The notes under the pieces are model-generated. The model saw only the letters and a program-made list of their open reading frames with translations. It was not told the origin of the DNA and did not search any database. 64,000 bases of DNA from Leminorella grimontii ATCC 33999 = DSM 5078 (lineage in GTDB: Bacteria > Pseudomonadota > Gammaproteobacteria > Enterobacterales > Enterobacteriaceae), in contig NZ_AUUA01000004.1 in assembly GCF_000439085.1 (NCBI RefSeq), positions 180,773 to 244,772 of the forward strand. The letters are read 5' to 3'. Shown one piece after another: positions 49,060 through 63,449 of this stretch (position 1 is the first letter of the stretch; each line of letters starts with the position of its first letter). The position numbers and the translations under genes are program-made.

Positions 49060-50844
49060 TTATACCTCCACGCTTCGGTTAGACAGCAGGTCGGCAAACG
49101 CGCCGGGGGACCGAGAGAGCGTTTGGTAGTCTCCTTGTTGGATAATCTGCCCTTTATCCATGACCCAAATCTCATCAAAGCGGGCGGTATCTTCAAGGCG
49201 ATGGGTGACCAGCAGCGTCGTTTGTCGCTCGGCGGCGTCGTTCAGCGCCGCCATAACGAGGCGTTCACTGTTTGCGTCCAGGCTGGCGGTGGGCTCGTCT
49301 AATAACAACAGGTAACAAGGGGAGAGCAGGGCGCGAGCCACGGCGACTCTTTGCGCCTGCCCGACGGACAGCCTGGCCGCGCCGTCGCCTACCTCTGTTT
49401 CCAGCCCTTCAGGAAAACGCGGCAGAAATTCGTCGACGTAGGCTCTGCGCACCGCTTGGGCGATTTGTTCTTCCGAGGCATCCGGGGAAGAAAGCGTAAT
49501 GTTCTCTCTCAGCGTACGTTCCGGCAGGTGGGGATTCTGTCCAACCCAGCTTAAGTTCTGGCGCCACTGCTCGGCGCTCAGCGCTTTTAGCTCCGTACCG
49601 TTGACGGTGAGCGAGCCGCGATAAGGGAGAAACCCAAGCAACAGGTTAAGCAGGGAGCTTTTTCCCGCTCCGCTGTGGCCGACGATGGCGACTTTATGGC
49701 CTGGCGACAGCGAGAAGCTGAGCGGGCCGGCAAGGGGGTGGCCATCGGGAGACAGGATTTCCAGATTTGTGGCTTGAAGTGTGACGTTGTCACTAATATT
49801 CAAGGAGGCCTTCTTCTCAGCCGCCGCTGGCGCAGCGTCGGTTTCTGCGTTTAAAAATGTCTCCAGCGTTTCCGCCGCGCCAATCGCCTGAGCCTTGGCG
49901 TGATAGTAGGTACCGAGGTCGCGCAGAGGCTGGAAAAACTCCGGCGCCAATATTAAAACCAGAAAGCCGGCGAAAAGCGTAACGGGCGTGCCATAGTGGC
50001 CAAAGTTCAGCTCTCCAAGGTAGGAGAAGCCAAAGTAAACGGCGGCGACGGCGATAGAGACTGACGCGAAAAATTCCAACACGGCGGAAGAGAGAAACGC
50101 CAGCTTCAATACGTCCATTGTGCGAGAGCGAAAGTCTTCCGAGGCCTGGCGAATCTGTTCGGTTTCCGCCTCGGCGCGGTGAAATAGGCGTAGAGTATCC
50201 AATCCTCTCAGCCTGTCCAAAAAGTTGCCGCTCAGGCGCGCCAGAGCGATAAAGTTGCGCCGGTTGGCCTCGGCCGCGCCCATTCCAACCAGCGCCATAA
50301 AGATAGGGATCAGCGGTGCGGTGACGAATAAAATCAGTCCCGCAATCCAGTTGATGGGAAAAACGGCGGCCAGAATTAGCAGCGGCACGGTGACGGCCAG
50401 CATCATTTGGGGCTGATATCGAGCGTAGAAATCCTGCATATCGTCAATTTGTTCTAAAATCATCGTCGCCCAGCTGCCGGCCGGTTTTCCCTGAATCCAA
50501 GCCGGGCCTAGCGCTTCAAGCCGGTTGAGCACCTGTTGGCGGATAGACTGACGGATAGTCGCTCCGTAGATAAATCCGGCCTGCTCCCGTAGCCAGACCA
50601 GTACCGCACGCAGTGCTACGGTGGCAATCAGCAAAAGAAAGTAGGTGGTAAGAGAAGAGCGGGAAACCTGTTCGATAATGAGTTCATGCAGCAGCGTCGC
50701 TAAAAGCCACGCCTGGCCGATAATCAGCAGGCCGCTAAGAAGCCCCAACAGCGTCGATACGCGTAACCAGCGGCGGGCAAGTAAACCGTTATTCTTTAAC
50801 CAGCGCGTGAGTTCGCGCTGCCGTGTTTTTTTCATTTCAGACAT
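49060..50844 (-). CDS. cydD: cysteine/glutathione ABC exporter CydD
   Basis: 594 aa. MSEMKKTRQRELTRWLK... collinear with E. coli CydD. NBD GHSGAGKSSLLNLL. Confidence 0.9.
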   Translation of the reverse strand: MSEMKKTRQRELTRWLKNNGLLARRWLRVSTLLGLLSGLLIIGQAWLLATLLHELIIEQVSRSSLTTYFLLLIATVALRAVLVWLREQAGFIYGATIRQSIRQQVLNRLEALGPAWIQGKPAGSWATMILEQIDDMQDFYARYQPQMMLAVTVPLLILAAVFPINWIAGLILFVTAPLIPIFMALVGMGAAEANRRNFIALARLSGNFLDRLRGLDTLRLFHRAEAETEQIRQASEDFRSRTMDVLKLAFLSSAVLEFFASVSIAVAAVYFGFSYLGELNFGHYGTPVTLFAGFLVLILAPEFFQPLRDLGTYYHAKAQAIGAAETLETFLNAETDAAPAAAEKKASLNISDNVTLQATNLEILSPDGHPLAGPLSFSLSPGHKVAIVGHSGAGKSSLLNLLLGFLPYRGSLTVNGTELKALSAEQWRQNLSWVGQNPHLPERTLRENITLSSPDASEEQIAQAVRRAYVDEFLPRFPEGLETEVGDGAARLSVGQAQRVAVARALLSPCYLLLLDEPTASLDANSERLVMAALNDAAERQTTLLVTHRLEDTARFDEIWVMDKGQIIQQGDYQTLSRSPGAFADLLSNRSVEV

Positions 50845-51105
50845 AAGAATGGACTGGTTAGCCTTACGATATGCGGCTTAGGATACCACACCGCTGTAAA
50901 AGAATAAGGCGACCTGAGGTCGCCTTACTATATTGAGGTAGCTATAAATTCAACACAATAGCTATTATTTGTTATTTATACTCGTCGTCCTTCAACTTGT
51001 AGCTGCGTTGGCTGCAAATACTCGGCCCATTTATGGGCCTCGCCCTAAAGGGCCAGCGCTTTACGCTGTTCAAAACGTCATGGACGTTTTGTCCTACAAC
51101 TCGAA

Positions 51106-52143
<1,038 letters not shown>

Positions 52144-52623
52144 TTACATCAATCCTTATGATAGTTATTGCCTATTGAATGATGCTTTTTGGATAAAAAA
52201 CAACGCAATTATGATTTTTTATAGAGATATGTGCTTTTTTTTACTCTTTTACTTTGACAATACAGCGTGTATTTGCGAAAACATTATCTTGTAATTACGC
52301 TAGTAATCGCGTGAATAAAGTCTATGAAGGTGGGTAATCAGGCAAGGTTACAGAGACTTACTCTTTATTTACGTGGATTAACGGCTAATTCAACTTGTTC
52401 AGCGGTTCGTTTGGTAGGGTTGCCCTGTCAAAAACAAAAACAGAGAGGACGATAAGTCTTTGCGACAGGCAGGCCTTTTGCTATTGAGGCAGGAACAATA
52501 GCAGAAGGCGCAGAGCACTATGCGGGCTATTCTTATCAAGCCTGGCTGAACGGTGGCGCCAACTATCTTTATATGGAGAGAGAGTGGTGTATCAGAAACA
52601 AGGAAGATATTGAGAGAAAAAAA

Positions 52624-53118
52624 ATGGTAGACAATAAAAAACGCCCTAGTAAAGATTTAGACCGTATTGACCGCAATATTCTGAATGAATTGCAGATGGA
52701 TGGCCGTATCTCTAACGTTGAGCTTTCAAAGCGCGTAGGCCTTTCGCCGACGCCTTGTTTAGAGCGCGTTCGCCGTTTGGAAAGACAAAAATTTATTCAG
52801 GGCTATACGGCGTTGTTAAACCCCCACTATCTGGACGCTTCACTGCTGGTTTTTGTTGAAATTACGCTAAACCGCGGCGCGGCCGACGTTTTTGAACAGT
52901 TCAACACTGCCGTTCAAAAGCTTGAGGAAATTCAGGAGTGCCACCTGGTTTCGGGTGACTTTGACTATCTGTTGAAAACGCGCGTATCCGACATGTCGGC
53001 ATACAGAAAGCTGCTGGGTGAAACCCTGCTGCGTTTACCGGGAGTTAACGACACGCGTACCTATGTCGTAATGGAAGAAGTAAAGCAGAGTAACCACCTC
53101 GTTATTAAAACGCGATAA
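52624..53118 (+). CDS. lrp: leucine-responsive regulatory protein Lrp
   Basis: From MVDNKKRPSKDLDRIDRNILNELQ the product is near-identical to E. coli Lrp (164 aa). Start is ATG 52624, not 52573. Confidence 0.97.
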   Translation: MVDNKKRPSKDLDRIDRNILNELQMDGRISNVELSKRVGLSPTPCLERVRRLERQKFIQGYTALLNPHYLDASLLVFVEITLNRGAADVFEQFNTAVQKLEEIQECHLVSGDFDYLLKTRVSDMSAYRKLLGETLLRLPGVNDTRTYVVMEEVKQSNHLVIKTR

Positions 53119-53244
53119 GTTCACGGAGACAGGTGCAAACCCTGTGGATTTCCGTTACACTCCTGTTTATCCATACAGTTTCAGCGCTGGGGAAATCCTG
53201 GCGCTGCCGTTTTTGCGTCACTACGATGACCTGGAGAGCCTTTC

Positions 53245-56200
53245 TTGAGCCAGGAATATATAGAAGATAAAGAGCCTAAGTTGAAGAAGCTGAGCAGCCG
53301 CCAGCGGCTGCTTGAAGCCGGCCTGTTGGTCGTGACGGTATTTGCCGTTTATATGATGGCCGCGCTGGTCAGCTTTAATCCTGCCGATCCCAGCTGGTCG
53401 CAGACGGCCTGGCATGAGCCCATCCATAACGTAGCCGGGGAGAGCGGCGCGTGGCTGGCGGACGTTTTCCTGTTTATTTTCGGCATTTTGGCCTATGCCA
53501 TTCCTCCCTTGATGATTTTTTCCTGCTGGATGCTGTATCGCTTTACGCGCGAACAAAAGAGCGTAGATTTTTTTGCCTTTTCGCTACGCCTTGTTGGCTT
53601 TTTGGCGCTTATCTTTTCTTCCTGCGGCCTTTTTTCCATCAGCATTGACGACTGGTACTACTTCGCGTCTGGCGGCGTCGTTGGCAACCTGATTGACAGT
53701 GCGCTGCTTCCGCATATGAACAGCATGGGGGCGACGCTGACCCTGCTGGGCATTTGGGCGGTTGGCCTGACGCTATTGACCGGCTGGTCGTGGCTGACGA
53801 TCGCGGAAAAAATCGGCGGAGTGGTCATGGGCATACTGACGTTTGCCTCCAACAAGACGCGAAAATCTTCCGGTGAGCCGTACGTAAATGAAAACGACGT
53901 TGACGAACGGCGGGATGAAAGAACCGTTGTGGTCGCGGGCGATGAAGACGACGTTTTACTTCGAGCCCCTACGCTGGACTTAACCGAAGAAGAAAAAGAC
54001 GATTCCAACGTTAATAATGAAGTTCAGCAGACGTTCACTTTTGCGCAGGCGAAAGAAACAGAGGATGAAATCGGCGAGGGCGTTCAGCTACAGCCTGGTC
54101 GCGTTGACATTTCCATGTTTGACAGCTCGCTGGTTTCTCAAAACGTAGAAGAGCAGCCCGGTGGCGAAGAGGCGGCTGCGCCTTCCTTCACCACGCAAAT
54201 GCAGCACGCTGAGCAAAGCGACACTAGCGAAGCTCCGCAACCGCATTCGTCGGCATTTTCCTTCGGGCAAACGACGTTTACCAGCGTATCGCCCGTATCT
54301 ATTGATTCCGAACGTGAACCTGCTGCTGAGCCTTCCGATAATCACGAACAATACGGTTCGTGGCCAGAGCCAGCGCCTGAATGGCCGTCGACAGCCGTAA
54401 ATAATGCCGCTGATAGCTCGAATGAAGCGCCGAAATATAACTCCACTGCGCCGCAGGATGCCGTATCTGAAGCGTTTAATGCGCTTTCCGTCTCTACCGC
54501 AGCGGCGGCAGCCAGCACGACTTCCGCCTCGACGGGAATGCCGTTTACGCCAGTGCCCGTAGGCGGAATGCCTCAGGTGAAGCAGGGCATCGGGCCCGAA
54601 CTGCCCAGACCCAATCCGGTCCGCATTCCGACTCGCAGAGAGCTGGCTTCCTACGGCATCAAGCTGCCGTCTCAGCGTGAGGCCGAGCTGCGTGAACGAG
54701 AAAAGCTGAACGATCTGAAAATTCAGGACGTAGAGCAAAGCGTACAGAATAGCGAAGAAGATCTGGACGCCATGCAGGAAGAGGCGCTGAGAAGAGCCTT
54801 CGCCGAGGAGCAGCGTGAGCGCTACGGTGACGATTATCAGATGGACGATGCGCACAGCAGCGCCGGCGATTTCTCTGCACAAAATAGCCCGTTGGCCGGT
54901 GTATCCGCCCGCGACGAAGACGATGAACCAATGGAAAGCCGTCCGGTTGAGCCGCTGTTTACTTTGCCTTCGCAGGCTAACTCAACGGATTTTGACGATC
55001 TGCCGTTTGGCAATCTGAACGACGTGACTTCACCGGCGTTTAGTTCTGCTCCTGTGGCTCCCGTTCAGGAACAGCCCTCGCACCCGGCGGCGCTCTCTGA
55101 ACCCGTTACGCCGCGTGCAGAGCCTGAGTATGACAGTCATCCGCAGGCTTCGGTTCAAGCGCCGGCGTTCACAACCCAGACGCCAGCCTTTATGCCGGAA
55201 CCGGAAGAAGAGTCAGAACCCACGGCTCCGTCGATGGAAGGGCTGATTCATCCTTTCCTGATGCGCAACGAGCGCCCGTTGGAAAAGCCAACCACGCCTT
55301 TGCCGTCCCTTGACCTGTTGGCCGCGCCGCCGGCCAACCCGACGCCGATAGATATGGAAGCGCTGGAAGAAACGGCGCGGCTGTTGGAGCGTCGCTTGGC
55401 CGACTTCCGCGTCAAAGCGCGCGTGGTTGATATCCTGCCTGGACCAGTCATTACGCGCTTTGAACTGGATTTAGCGCCCGGCGTGAAGGCCGCTCGCATT
55501 TCCAGCCTGGCGCGAGACTTGGCGCGCTCCCTGTCGGTAGTCGCCGTGCGCGTTGTGGAAGTTATTCCCGGTAAGCCCTACGTGGGGTTAGAGTTGCCGA
55601 ACGAGCACCGCCAAACCGTCTATATGCGTGAGGTGCTAAACGGCCCGGAGTTCACCAACGCCGCGTCGCCGTTAACGATAGTTTTAGGTAAGGATATTTC
55701 CGGGCAACCGGTGGTGGCGGATCTGGCTAAAATGCCCCATTTACTGGTGGCCGGTACGACCGGTTCAGGTAAGTCGGTCGGCGTCAACGCCATGATCTTA
55801 AGCATGCTGTTTAAGTCCAAGCCGGAAGAAGTTCGGTTTATCATGATCGACCCTAAAATGCTTGAGCTGTCGGTCTATGAAGGCATTCCACATCTGTTGA
55901 CCGAAGTTGTCACCGACATGAAGGATGCGGCAAACGCGCTGAACTGGTGCGTCGGAGAGATGGAGCGTCGCTATAAGCTGATGTCTGCGCTCGGGGTAAG
56001 AAACCTGGCGGGTTATAACGAGCGCCTGGCTGAGGCGGAAGCGCTGGGCCGCCCGGTTCCCGATCCGTTCTGGAAGCCGACGGACAGCATGGACATGACG
56101 CATCCGGTACTGGAAAAACTGCCCTATATCGTCGTGATGGTAGATGAATTTGCCGATTTGATGATGGCGGTGGGTAAGAAAGTCGAAGAGCTGATTGCTC

Positions 56201-56772
56201 GACTGGCGCAAAAAGCGCGCGCGGCGGGGATCCACTTGGTTCTGGCAACGCAGCGTCCGTCCGTTGACGTCATTACCGGCCTGATTAAGGCCAACATTCC
56301 GACTCGAATGGCGTTTACCGTTTCCAGCAAGATTGACTCGCGTACGATCCTCGATCAGGGCGGTGCGGAATCGCTGCTCGGCATGGGCGACATGCTTTAT
56401 CTGCCGCCGAACTCTTCTATGCCGATGCGCGTGCACGGCGCCTTCGTTCGGGATCAGGAAGTACACGCCGTGGTTCAGGATTGGAAGGCCCGCGGGCGTC
56501 CTCAGTATATTGAGAACATCACCGCATCCTCTGACGAAAGCGGCGATGGTTTGGGCTTTGACGGCGAAGAGGAGCTGGATCCGCTGTTCGATCAGGCGGT
56601 GGCTTTTGTTATCGAGAAGAAGAAGCCGTCCATTTCCGGCATTCAGCGCCAGTTCCGCATTGGTTATAACCGGGCGGCGAGAATTATCGACCAGATGGAA
56701 GCTCAGGGCATCGTTAGCCCGCCGGGGCACAGCGGCAACCGCGAGGTGCTCGCACGCTCTCAGTTTGAGTAA
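53245..56772 (+). CDS. ftsK: DNA translocase FtsK
   Basis: [25 protein letters not shown] is the N-terminal membrane domain. Long Pro/Gln/Ser-rich linker. C-terminal motor ([12 protein letters not shown]) and winged-helix gamma domain. Confidence 0.97.
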   Translation: MSQEYIEDKEPKLKKLSSRQRLLEAGLLVVTVFAVYMMAALVSFNPADPSWSQTAWHEPIHNVAGESGAWLADVFLFIFGILAYAIPPLMIFSCWMLYRFTREQKSVDFFAFSLRLVGFLALIFSSCGLFSISIDDWYYFASGGVVGNLIDSALLPHMNSMGATLTLLGIWAVGLTLLTGWSWLTIAEKIGGVVMGILTFASNKTRKSSGEPYVNENDVDERRDERTVVVAGDEDDVLLRAPTLDLTEEEKDDSNVNNEVQQTFTFAQAKETEDEIGEGVQLQPGRVDISMFDSSLVSQNVEEQPGGEEAAAPSFTTQMQHAEQSDTSEAPQPHSSAFSFGQTTFTSVSPVSIDSEREPAAEPSDNHEQYGSWPEPAPEWPSTAVNNAADSSNEAPKYNSTAPQDAVSEAFNALSVSTAAAAASTTSASTGMPFTPVPVGGMPQVKQGIGPELPRPNPVRIPTRRELASYGIKLPSQREAELREREKLNDLKIQDVEQSVQNSEEDLDAMQEEALRRAFAEEQRERYGDDYQMDDAHSSAGDFSAQNSPLAGVSARDEDDEPMESRPVEPLFTLPSQANSTDFDDLPFGNLNDVTSPAFSSAPVAPVQEQPSHPAALSEPVTPRAEPEYDSHPQASVQAPAFTTQTPAFMPEPEEESEPTAPSMEGLIHPFLMRNERPLEKPTTPLPSLDLLAAPPANPTPIDMEALEETARLLERRLADFRVKARVVDILPGPVITRFELDLAPGVKAARISSLARDLARSLSVVAVRVVEVIPGKPYVGLELPNEHRQTVYMREVLNGPEFTNAASPLTIVLGKDISGQPVVADLAKMPHLLVAGTTGSGKSVGVNAMILSMLFKSKPEEVRFIMIDPKMLELSVYEGIPHLLTEVVTDMKDAANALNWCVGEMERRYKLMSALGVRNLAGYNERLAEAEALGRPVPDPFWKPTDSMDMTHPVLEKLPYIVVMVDEFADLMMAVGKKVEELIARLAQKARAAGIHLVLATQRPSVDVITGLIKANIPTRMAFTVSSKIDSRTILDQGGAESLLGMGDMLYLPPNSSMPMRVHGAFVRDQEVHAVVQDWKARGRPQYIENITASSDESGDGLGFDGEEELDPLFDQAVAFVIEKKKPSISGIQRQFRIGYNRAARIIDQMEAQGIVSPPGHSGNREVLARSQFE

Positions 56773-56954
56773 ACGACGACGGGCCGCCTATGCGGCCCGA
56801 ACTCTATAAGTGAAAAGATAGGTAAAAGATTATCGTTCAAGCGCTTTAGCGCGATAGTCTGTCGAAATGCACGATTTAGGTCGCATGTCTTCTAAACGAA
56901 ACGCTATGCACGCGGTGAATTAAAGAGTTACATGAGAGTGGAGTGATAGTCACG

Positions 56955-57566
56955 ATGAAGAAGTCTCTTATTGTCGCAGGCCTGTTGTTGACCGTGGCTT
57001 CATCCGCCGCATTGGCTGATGCTCGCTCCGATCTGCAAGGGCGCTTGAATAAGCTAAACAGCTTTCAGGCGCGCTTTACCCAGACGGTGAAAGACGCCGG
57101 CGGCGCTTCAATCCAACAGGGCGAAGGCGATCTGTGGGTCAAGCGGCCGAACCTGTTTCGTTGGCATATGACTTCACCGGATGAAAGCATTCTGGTGTCC
57201 GACGGTAAAACGCTGTGGTTTTACAACCCCTTCGTTGAGCAGGTTACCGCCACCTGGCTCAATAGCGTGACGGGCGATACGCCCTTCATGCTGATTACGC
57301 GCAACAGTAAGACCGACTGGGATAAATACGACGTCGCTCAAAAGGGCGACGAGTTTGAGCTGACGCCGAAGGCGAAGAAGGGCAACCTGAAAGCGTTTTC
57401 CATCAACGTTACCAGCGACGGCGCGATTAAGAGCTTCAGCGCCGTTGAGCAAGACGGGCAGCGCAGCACCTATCAGTTGAAGGGGCAGCAGGTCGGTTCC
57501 GTTGACGCATCCAAGTTTACTTTTACTCCGCCTAAGGGCGTCACTCTGGACGACCAGCGTCGGTGA
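56955..57566 (+). CDS. lolA: outer-membrane lipoprotein carrier protein LolA
   Basis: The start is ATG 56955 ([23 protein letters not shown] signal). Collinear with E. coli LolA ([41 protein letters not shown]). Confidence 0.95.
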   Translation: MKKSLIVAGLLLTVASSAALADARSDLQGRLNKLNSFQARFTQTVKDAGGASIQQGEGDLWVKRPNLFRWHMTSPDESILVSDGKTLWFYNPFVEQVTATWLNSVTGDTPFMLITRNSKTDWDKYDVAQKGDEFELTPKAKKGNLKAFSINVTSDGAIKSFSAVEQDGQRSTYQLKGQQVGSVDASKFTFTPPKGVTLDDQRR

Positions 57567-57573
57567 GGTCAGC

Positions 57574-58917
57574 GTGAGCAACCTGTCTCTCGATTTTTCA
57601 CAAAACGAATTTCAGCCGCTGGCCGCGCGCATGCGGCCTCGCTCGCTTGAAGAGTACGTCGGCCAGCGCCATCTGCTGTCGTCCGGCAAGCCTTTGCCGC
57701 GCGCGATTGCCGCCGGTCAGCTTCACTCCATGATCTTATGGGGGCCGCCGGGCACGGGGAAAACGACGCTGGCGGAAATTATTGGTCGCTACGCTAGCGC
57801 TGACATCGAACGCATTTCGGCGGTGACTTCCGGTATTAAAGAGATCCGGGAAGCGATAGAAAGAGCGCGTATTAATCGTGACGCCGGCAGAAGAACTATC
57901 CTGTTCGTTGACGAAGTCCACCGTTTTAACAAAAGCCAACAGGACGCGTTTTTACCCCATATTGAGGACGGAACGATCTTCTTTATCGGTGCGACCACCG
58001 AAAACCCGTCGTTTGAGCTTAATTCGGCACTGCTGTCCCGCGCGCGGGTCTATTTGCTTAAGTCGCTGGACGCTGAAGATATCGAGCAGGTGCTGCTGCA
58101 GGCCATGAACGATGAAGAGCGCGGCTACGGTAAGCAGAACGTTCAGCTGCCTGATGAAACGCGCCGCCTGCTGGCCGAACTGGTGAATGGCGATGCGCGT
58201 CGCGCGTTGAACATTTTGGAAATGATGGCCGATATGGCGGAAATATCGTCGGACGGCCAGCGCGTTTTGACGACGGAGCTGTTAAAAGAAGTCTCCGGCG
58301 AGCGCAGCGCCCGTTTTGACAATCAGGGCGATCGCTATTACGACCTTATTTCCGCGCTGCATAAGTCGGTGCGGGGCTCTGCGCCCGACGCGGCGCTTTA
58401 CTGGTATGCCCGCATTCTTACCGCCGGCGGCGATCCGCTCTACGTTGCTCGCAGGCTGCTGGCGATCGCTTCTGAAGACGTGGGCAATGCGGATCCCCGC
58501 GGCATGCAGGTGGCAATCTCTGCCTGGGACTGCTTTACGCGCGTTGGTGCCGCTGAGGGCGAACGAGCGATTGCACAGGCGATAGTATATCTGGCCTGCG
58601 CGCCTAAGAGTAACGCGGTGTACACGGCCTTTAAGGCGGCAGTGAAAGACGCACGAGAAAGGCCGGACTACGACGTCCCCGTTCATTTACGCAACGCGCC
58701 GACTAAACTTATGAAAGAAATAGGCTTTGGCGCCGAGTATCGCTACGCTCATGATGAACCTAACGCCTACGCGGCCGGAGAGAGCTACTTCCCGCCGGAA
58801 ATGGATGGGCACCGCTACTATTTTCCAGAGCCGCGAGGTTTGGAAACCAAGATTGCTGAAAAGCTGAACTGGTTGGCTGAGCAGGATCAAAATAGCGCAA
58901 CAAAACGCTACCGTTAG
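57574..58917 (+). CDS. rarA: replication-associated recombination protein A (RarA/MgsA)
   Basis: The GTG at 57574 gives (M)[21 protein letters not shown], identical in register to E. coli RarA. AAA+ [12 protein letters not shown]. The ORF-track extension overlapping lolA is rejected. Confidence 0.9.
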   Translation: MSNLSLDFSQNEFQPLAARMRPRSLEEYVGQRHLLSSGKPLPRAIAAGQLHSMILWGPPGTGKTTLAEIIGRYASADIERISAVTSGIKEIREAIERARINRDAGRRTILFVDEVHRFNKSQQDAFLPHIEDGTIFFIGATTENPSFELNSALLSRARVYLLKSLDAEDIEQVLLQAMNDEERGYGKQNVQLPDETRRLLAELVNGDARRALNILEMMADMAEISSDGQRVLTTELLKEVSGERSARFDNQGDRYYDLISALHKSVRGSAPDAALYWYARILTAGGDPLYVARRLLAIASEDVGNADPRGMQVAISAWDCFTRVGAAEGERAIAQAIVYLACAPKSNAVYTAFKAAVKDARERPDYDVPVHLRNAPTKLMKEIGFGAEYRYAHDEPNAYAAGESYFPPEMDGHRYYFPEPRGLETKIAEKLNWLAEQDQNSATKRYR

Positions 58918-58991
58918 CCGATAGGTTGCGGTAAGGTACAAGCTGTAAAAGGTTTATCAGCGCCCCTCAGAGGCGCTGATATCGTTATTAA

Positions 58992-60314
<1,323 letters not shown>

Positions 60315-60339
60315 CTGATATTCCATTTCGGGTAAATAG

Positions 60340-60382
60340 ACAGCGCCCGGTAAGCGAAAATTCCGCTTATCGGGCGTTTTTT
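60340..60382 (+). terminator. intrinsic terminator after serS
   Basis: cgcccggtaagcg...cgcttatcgggcg followed by TTTTTTATT. Confidence 0.7.
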
Positions 60383-61000
60383 ATTGTTTATACCAATGGA
60401 ATGCGACAACATTTTTCACTGTTATTACTCCTTTTAAAAATCTTTCCTTAATTTATTAAAATGAAACGTAACAAATTGGCCTTTGTTTGCGATTCCTTAT
60501 CTCCACTGCGTTAAGAATGTATGCGTTCGTTTTCTTAAAATAACGAATCGGGTTTATATTATTTGGTAATGATTATTGTTAACAATAATAAAGTGGTGAA
60601 AATGAAACAATTTATTGATTTAAATATAAAAAATAGAGGTTTATTTTATTTAAGCAGGCCATATTTCTTAACCTTTCTTTAAATAGCATTTTTTTGACTA
60701 AACGCAAGTTCCTTTTTAACCCTAAAGTAGTATAAAAAGTCAGGCAGGGATAAAAAGTATGATGGATATATTACTCCTTCCAAAAATAAATATTTCCTTA
60801 GCTGTTAGCCTTTATCGGTTGGATATTCCACAACGTTGAATATTCCTTTCTTATTACCGATCGTTTCGGAAAGCAGTAGTTTAACCCGGTGACGTTTTAT
60901 CGCGGTATTCACATTTTCGGCGCTATTTCCCGTAAGCAAAGAAAAACACTGTGAAAAAACGGCCTGATATCTAGTTCAACAATAAGAAAGCAGGTGAGTT

Positions 61001-63439
61001 ATGAGCCTTGACGAAAAGAAAAACGACGGCGTACTGCAGGTCAGTCGGCGCCAGTTGGTGCAAACCGGCGCTATCGGCGGTTTGGCGCTGGCAGCCGGCG
61101 GCGTTTCGTTGCCGTTTGGAACGGCAAAAGCGGAAGGCGGTCCCGTTCAAAGCGGAGCTGCCGATGAAAAAGTGGTCTGGAGCGCCTGTACCGTCAACTG
61201 CGGCAGCCGCTGTCCGCTACGCATGCACGTGGTGAACGGCGAAATCAAGTATGTCGAGACGGACAATACCGGCAATGACGACTATGCCGACAATCAGGTG
61301 CGCGCCTGCCTACGCGGGCGTTCGATGCGTCGTCGCGTATACAATCCGGATCGATTGAAGTATCCGATGAAGCGCGTAGGCAAAAGAGGTGAAGGCAAAT
61401 TCAAGCGTATTACGTGGGAAGAAGCCTATGATGAAATCGCCAATAGCCTTAAGCGCATTATTAAAGACTATGGCAATGAGGCCGTTTACCTGCAGTATGC
61501 GACCGGAACGTTAGGCGGGACGGTGACTCGCTCCTGGCCGCCGGGAACCTCCCTGATTGCTCGCCTGATGAACTGCTGCGGCGGCTACTTAAACCACTAC
61601 AATACCTACAGCACGGCGCAAATTACCACCGGGCTAAGCTATACCTACGGTAGCGGAGCGGGCAACAGCTTTTCCGATATTGAAAACACCAAGCTGGTGG
61701 TGATGTTCGGCAATAACCCGGCTGAAACCCGCATGAGCGGCGGCGGCATGACGTACCTGTTGGAGCAGGCGCGAGAACGCTCCAACGCCAGAATGATTGT
61801 TATCGACCCGCGCTATTGCGATACCGCCGCAGGTCGGGAAGACGTGTGGATCCCGATTACGCCGGGCACTGACGCTGCGCTGGTCGCCGGCATTGCCTAT
61901 GTGCTGATTACGGAAAATCTGGTCGACCAGGCCTTTCTGGACAAGTACTGCGTGGGTTATGACGAGAAAACGCTGCCGGCTTCCGCGCCGCGCAACGGAC
62001 ACTATAAGGCCTATATTCTGGGCGAAGGCGCCGACGGCATCGCTAAAACGCCACAGTGGGCGGAAAAAATCACCGCCGTTCCCGCCGATAGCATTATCAA
62101 GCTGGCGCGCGAAATCGGCAGCGCCAAGCCTGCGTTTATCTGTCAGGGATGGGGGCCGCAGCGCCACGCTAACGGGGAAATGACGGCGCGGGCGATCGCG
62201 ACGCTGGCCTGTCTGACCGGCAACGTCGGCATCAATGGCGGCAACAGTGGCGCTCAGGGCGGCACCTACGCCATTCCGTTCGTTCGTTTCCCTACGCTGG
62301 AAAACCCGATTAAGGACAGCATCTCTTTCTTCTTATGGACTGACGCCATTCTGCGCGGCCCGGAAATGACCGCTACCCATGACGGCGTGCGCAACACCGA
62401 AAGGTTGAAACAGCCGATTAAGTTCATCTGGAACTACGCCGGCAACAGCATCATCAACCAGCATTCAGATATCAATAAAACGCTTAAGATCCTGGAAGAT
62501 GACACCAAGTGCGAAATGATTGTGGTCATTGACAACCACATGACCGCCAGCGCCCGCTGTGCCGATATTCTACTGCCGGACTTGACTACCTCGGAGCAGA
62601 TGGATTTCTGTATGGACGCCACTTCCGGCAACATGGGATATGTGATTTTTGCCGACCAGGCGATTAAACCGCAGTTTGAGTGCCGCTCCATCTATGAGAT
62701 GACCTCTGAAATTGCTAAACGAATGGGCGTCGAGCAGAAGTTTACCGAAGGGCGTACTCAGGAAGAGTGGCTGCGTCACCTTTATCAGTTAACGCGGGAT
62801 AAAGATCCTCAGCTTCCGACCTTTGAAGAGTTTCGTCAAATGGGGATCGTCAAGCGTAAAGATCCAGCCGGGCATTTTGTTGCCTATAAGGCGTTTCGTG
62901 ACGATCCGCAGGCTAATCCGCTTCCCACGCCGTCGGGTAAAATTGAGATTTACTCCGAACGGCTGGCCGATATTGCCAAGAGCTGGCAACTGCCGGAAGG
63001 GGACGTCGTCGATCCGCTGCCGATTCAGGTCTCCACTTTCGAAGGCTTTGATTCTCCTCTGCGTAAGAAATATCCGCTGCAGCTAATTGGCTTCCACTAC
63101 AAGGCGCGCTGTCATTCTACCTACGGTAATGTTGACGTCCTTAAGGCTGCGGCCCGTCAGGAAGTGTGGGTGAATCCGATGGATGCCCAGCAGCGCGGTA
63201 TTAAAAACGGTGACGTTATTCGCATTTTTAACGATCGCGGTGAAGTTCATATTGAGGCCAAAGTGACCCCTCGCATGATGCCTGGCGTTGTGGCGCTGGG
63301 GGAAGGCGCGTGGTTCTCGCCGGATGAAAAGGGCGTCGACCACGGGGGTTGTATCAACGTGCTGACTACGCAGCGCCCATCGCCTCTGGCGAAAGGCAAC
63401 CCGCAGCACACCAATCTGGTTGAAGTTGCAAAGGTTTAA
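61001..63439 (+). CDS. dmsA: anaerobic DMSO reductase catalytic subunit DmsA (molybdopterin)
   Basis: Tat signal SRRQLVQTGAIGGLALAAG. 4Fe-4S CTVNCGSRCP. 812 aa collinear with E. coli DmsA. The 680-bp AT-rich upstream region is typical of the dmsA promoter. Confidence 0.95.
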   Translation: MSLDEKKNDGVLQVSRRQLVQTGAIGGLALAAGGVSLPFGTAKAEGGPVQSGAADEKVVWSACTVNCGSRCPLRMHVVNGEIKYVETDNTGNDDYADNQVRACLRGRSMRRRVYNPDRLKYPMKRVGKRGEGKFKRITWEEAYDEIANSLKRIIKDYGNEAVYLQYATGTLGGTVTRSWPPGTSLIARLMNCCGGYLNHYNTYSTAQITTGLSYTYGSGAGNSFSDIENTKLVVMFGNNPAETRMSGGGMTYLLEQARERSNARMIVIDPRYCDTAAGREDVWIPITPGTDAALVAGIAYVLITENLVDQAFLDKYCVGYDEKTLPASAPRNGHYKAYILGEGADGIAKTPQWAEKITAVPADSIIKLAREIGSAKPAFICQGWGPQRHANGEMTARAIATLACLTGNVGINGGNSGAQGGTYAIPFVRFPTLENPIKDSISFFLWTDAILRGPEMTATHDGVRNTERLKQPIKFIWNYAGNSIINQHSDINKTLKILEDDTKCEMIVVIDNHMTASARCADILLPDLTTSEQMDFCMDATSGNMGYVIFADQAIKPQFECRSIYEMTSEIAKRMGVEQKFTEGRTQEEWLRHLYQLTRDKDPQLPTFEEFRQMGIVKRKDPAGHFVAYKAFRDDPQANPLPTPSGKIEIYSERLADIAKSWQLPEGDVVDPLPIQVSTFEGFDSPLRKKYPLQLIGFHYKARCHSTYGNVDVLKAAARQEVWVNPMDAQQRGIKNGDVIRIFNDRGEVHIEAKVTPRMMPGVVALGEGAWFSPDEKGVDHGGCINVLTTQRPSPLAKGNPQHTNLVEVAKV

Positions 63440-63449
63440 GGAGCTGCTA

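Noticed and set aside
54088-54931. 264-aa and 90-aa antisense ORFs in ftsK linker region
   Set aside because: Opposite strand of a conserved essential gene. Arg-rich artefact of the Pro/Gln-rich linker coding sequence.
57502-57573. rarA ORF-track start at 57502 overlapping lolA by 65 nt
   Set aside because: The orthologous N-terminus (M)SNLSLDF begins at GTG 57574 immediately after the lolA stop. The upstream part is out-of-family.
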